Source: a virus | Taxonomy: Duplodnaviria; Caudoviricetes | IMG/VR virus record: IMGVR_UViG_3300023283_000086 | Coordinates: 1 to 26,631 of that record | Direction: 5' to 3' (one strand) | Length of the DNA: 26,631 bases | In this document: positions 25,446-26,631 of the stretch, in pieces | How positions within the stretch are numbered: the stretch's first letter is position 1 | Layout of the letters: each line of letters begins with the position of its first letter | The notes under the pieces: generated by a model | The model's database searches: none | What the model was told of the DNA's origin: nothing | The model's input: only the letters and a program-made list of their open reading frames with translations | Translations under genes and position numbers: made by a program

Positions 25446-25749
25446 CAGAAAATGTTATTTTTTCACCACCAGAGGTTACGTCTTGTTCAGATTGCTCCTT
25501 ATACCCGTGCTTTCCTAGTAGCAGTTTAGCAATTGTTGCATTATAGTTTCCAGCGAGAGCATTGTTTATCACACGATTTGACTGAAGTGCATTTATCTCG
25601 TCTAATATGTCGGAAAATGCTTGATGATTTTCCGCCCACTCATAAAGAGTACTTCTATTTACACCTAAATGAAGTGCCAACCCTTCCGCCTTGGGGATGT
25701 TGACATTGTAAGTACTTTTGCCGTTCTCATCTACATCAACACTATCCAC
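25369..25749 (-). CDS. terS: Terminase small subunit (P22 gp3/DNA-packaging type); conserved N-terminus extends upstream of the annotated GTG
   Basis: HTH PKAEGLALHLGVNRSTLYEW, then GNYNATIAKLLL and DVTSGGEKI. The same frame upstream reads RPTKYQGEETLEKAREYI. Confidence 0.88.
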   Translation of the reverse strand: MDSVDVDENGKSTYNVNIPKAEGLALHLGVNRSTLYEWAENHQAFSDILDEINALQSNRVINNALAGNYNATIAKLLLGKHGYKEQSEQDVTSGGEKITFSDEQVESIAQRIASRKGSDGNTASEE

Positions 25750-25778
25750 GCACGAGTTTATATACTCTCGTGCCTTTT

Positions 25779-25880
25779 CTAGTGTTTCTTCCCCTTGGTA
25801 TTTAGTAGGTCTTTCGTCTTGTGTACCTTTTTTGCACCCTCTACCTTAAAGCCACCTTTTACTTTGCGTACCGGACTCAT
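25779..25880 (-). CDS. 33-aa basic peptide overlapping the terS 5' region
   Basis: MSPVRKVKGGFKVEGAKKVHKTKDLLNTKGKKH*, with its ATG 8 nt after TGGTATAAT. Confidence 0.6.
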   Translation of the reverse strand: MSPVRKVKGGFKVEGAKKVHKTKDLLNTKGKKH

Positions 25881-25888
25881 ATATCTAT

Positions 25889-25897
25889 ATTATACCA
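25889..25897 (-). promoter_or_regulatory. Extended -10 promoter (leaderless) at the head of the packaging operon
   Basis: TGGTATAAT ATAGATAT ATG; lacks the CCGAAGCACGG hairpin. Confidence 0.65.
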
Positions 25898-25995
25898 CGA
25901 ATTTTTTCTCATACATATTAATGATTTCCTGAAGTTTGATTTAGACACATACCATTTTGTGTATTTTGTTTTATCAAAGCACTCCATATTTCATA

Positions 25996-26439
25996 CTATC
26001 GAGCATAAAGTTCTCTCAGTCCCTCCAACTCCTGCTCGAGCGCCACTTTCTCTAGCTTCCAGTCTATTTTCGCCGGCTTCCAACTCTTTTCGCGTGCCAA
26101 ATCCCATAATCGTATGCGTTCCGGCGGAAGGATAGACCTTATAATCTCATCGTACTCATCGTGGTTTGATTTTTTGAAGTGCTTCCAGCCGTGGCATCGT
26201 TTACATACACACACAACGAGGCGAGGGTCAGCGTAGGTGGCGCTGTTACTGCGCTCGATGAGGTGATCGGCTTGTAATACAGTGTCAGGATTATCTGGTG
26301 TTCCGCCACAATGCCGGATGTCTCGTAACACACATCCACCGTCTCTTAAAATAACAATCTCTCGCAGCACTCGCTGTATCTCTCTCTTGATCTTCGAGGT
26401 TTCGCTTTTCCCTTTTCGGCGCAAAGGTGTCCGCTTCAT
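25996..26439 (-). CDS. NinG/HNH-like endonuclease
   Basis: MKRTPLRRK N-terminus, VILRDGGC, QADHLIERS and VCKRCH. Confidence 0.8.
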   Translation of the reverse strand: MKRTPLRRKGKSETSKIKREIQRVLREIVILRDGGCVLRDIRHCGGTPDNPDTVLQADHLIERSNSATYADPRLVVCVCKRCHGWKHFKKSNHDEYDEIIRSILPPERIRLWDLAREKSWKPAKIDWKLEKVALEQELEGLRELYAR

Positions 26440-26631
26440 TCCCCCATTTTACCATACCATATTTATCCCGCAACCTCTCGTACTTTACCCACTCCTTCAC
26501 CGCCTTTTCCGTCTGACGCTTCGCTTCATTCTCCGCCTTTATTGCGGCGGCTTTGGCTTTGTTTATCTTTGTGAGGAGGGGTTAGGGCATACTATTTCGT
26601 TTACATCTTTCGTTACTTGTAAACAAACTAC

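Noticed and set aside
25970-25981. 12-nt match (TGCTTTGATAAA, CFDK) to the intein start at 1243-1254
   Set aside because: Short and AT-rich with no further intein motifs; likely chance.
2187-26135. Numerous plus-strand ORFs of 60-200 aa in the ORF track
   Set aside because: They are antisense shadows of minus-strand structural genes, with no motifs or promoters.
26291-26590. ATG CCC TAA followed by an open helical frame, suggesting a pseudogene or stop readthrough
   Set aside because: It is at the window edge with ambiguous upstream frames and overlaps the NinG-like gene heavily, so it cannot be supported.
1-26631. Alternative genetic code, CRISPR array, tRNAs, DGR
   Set aside because: TGA, TAG and TAA all end genes at coupled junctions, consistent with code 11. 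No repeat-spacer array, cloverleaf, reverse transcriptase or TR/VR pair was seen.

Overview
Late (virion morphogenesis and lysis) region of a tailed dsDNA phage with a podovirus/P22-like gene order. Almost all genes are on the minus strand, running right to left: NinG/HNH-like nuclease, terminase small and large subunits, portal, scaffold, major capsid, a glycosyltransferase plus dTDP-glucose 4,6-dehydratase insert, adaptor, tail/nozzle proteins, two internal (ejection-type) proteins, a tail fibre, a DUF2341/LamG protein and a lysis cassette. Reading the sequence directly adds features the ORF track misses. (1) The M23 peptidase (<1..1566) is split by a 347-aa LAGLIDADG intein between its HxxxD and HxH zinc ligands. 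(2) The major capsid gene is split by a 700-nt group I intron carrying a LAGLIDADG endonuclease. (3) A promoter-plus-hairpin element, TGnTATAAT-N7/8-CCGAAGCACGG, heads three structural modules, and the first copy abuts a 59-aa candidate RNA-binding regulator. (4) A GC-rich pseudoknot or two-state structure lies 8 nt after the capsid stop. (5) The conserved TerS N-terminus has no in-frame start and is reachable by a -1 shift at A_AAA_AAG. (6) A leaderless antisense 35-aa membrane peptide with a TTGACA-17-TATAAG promoter lies between the ejection and tail-fibre genes. Product names rest on motifs and synteny recognised by eye; no database search was run.
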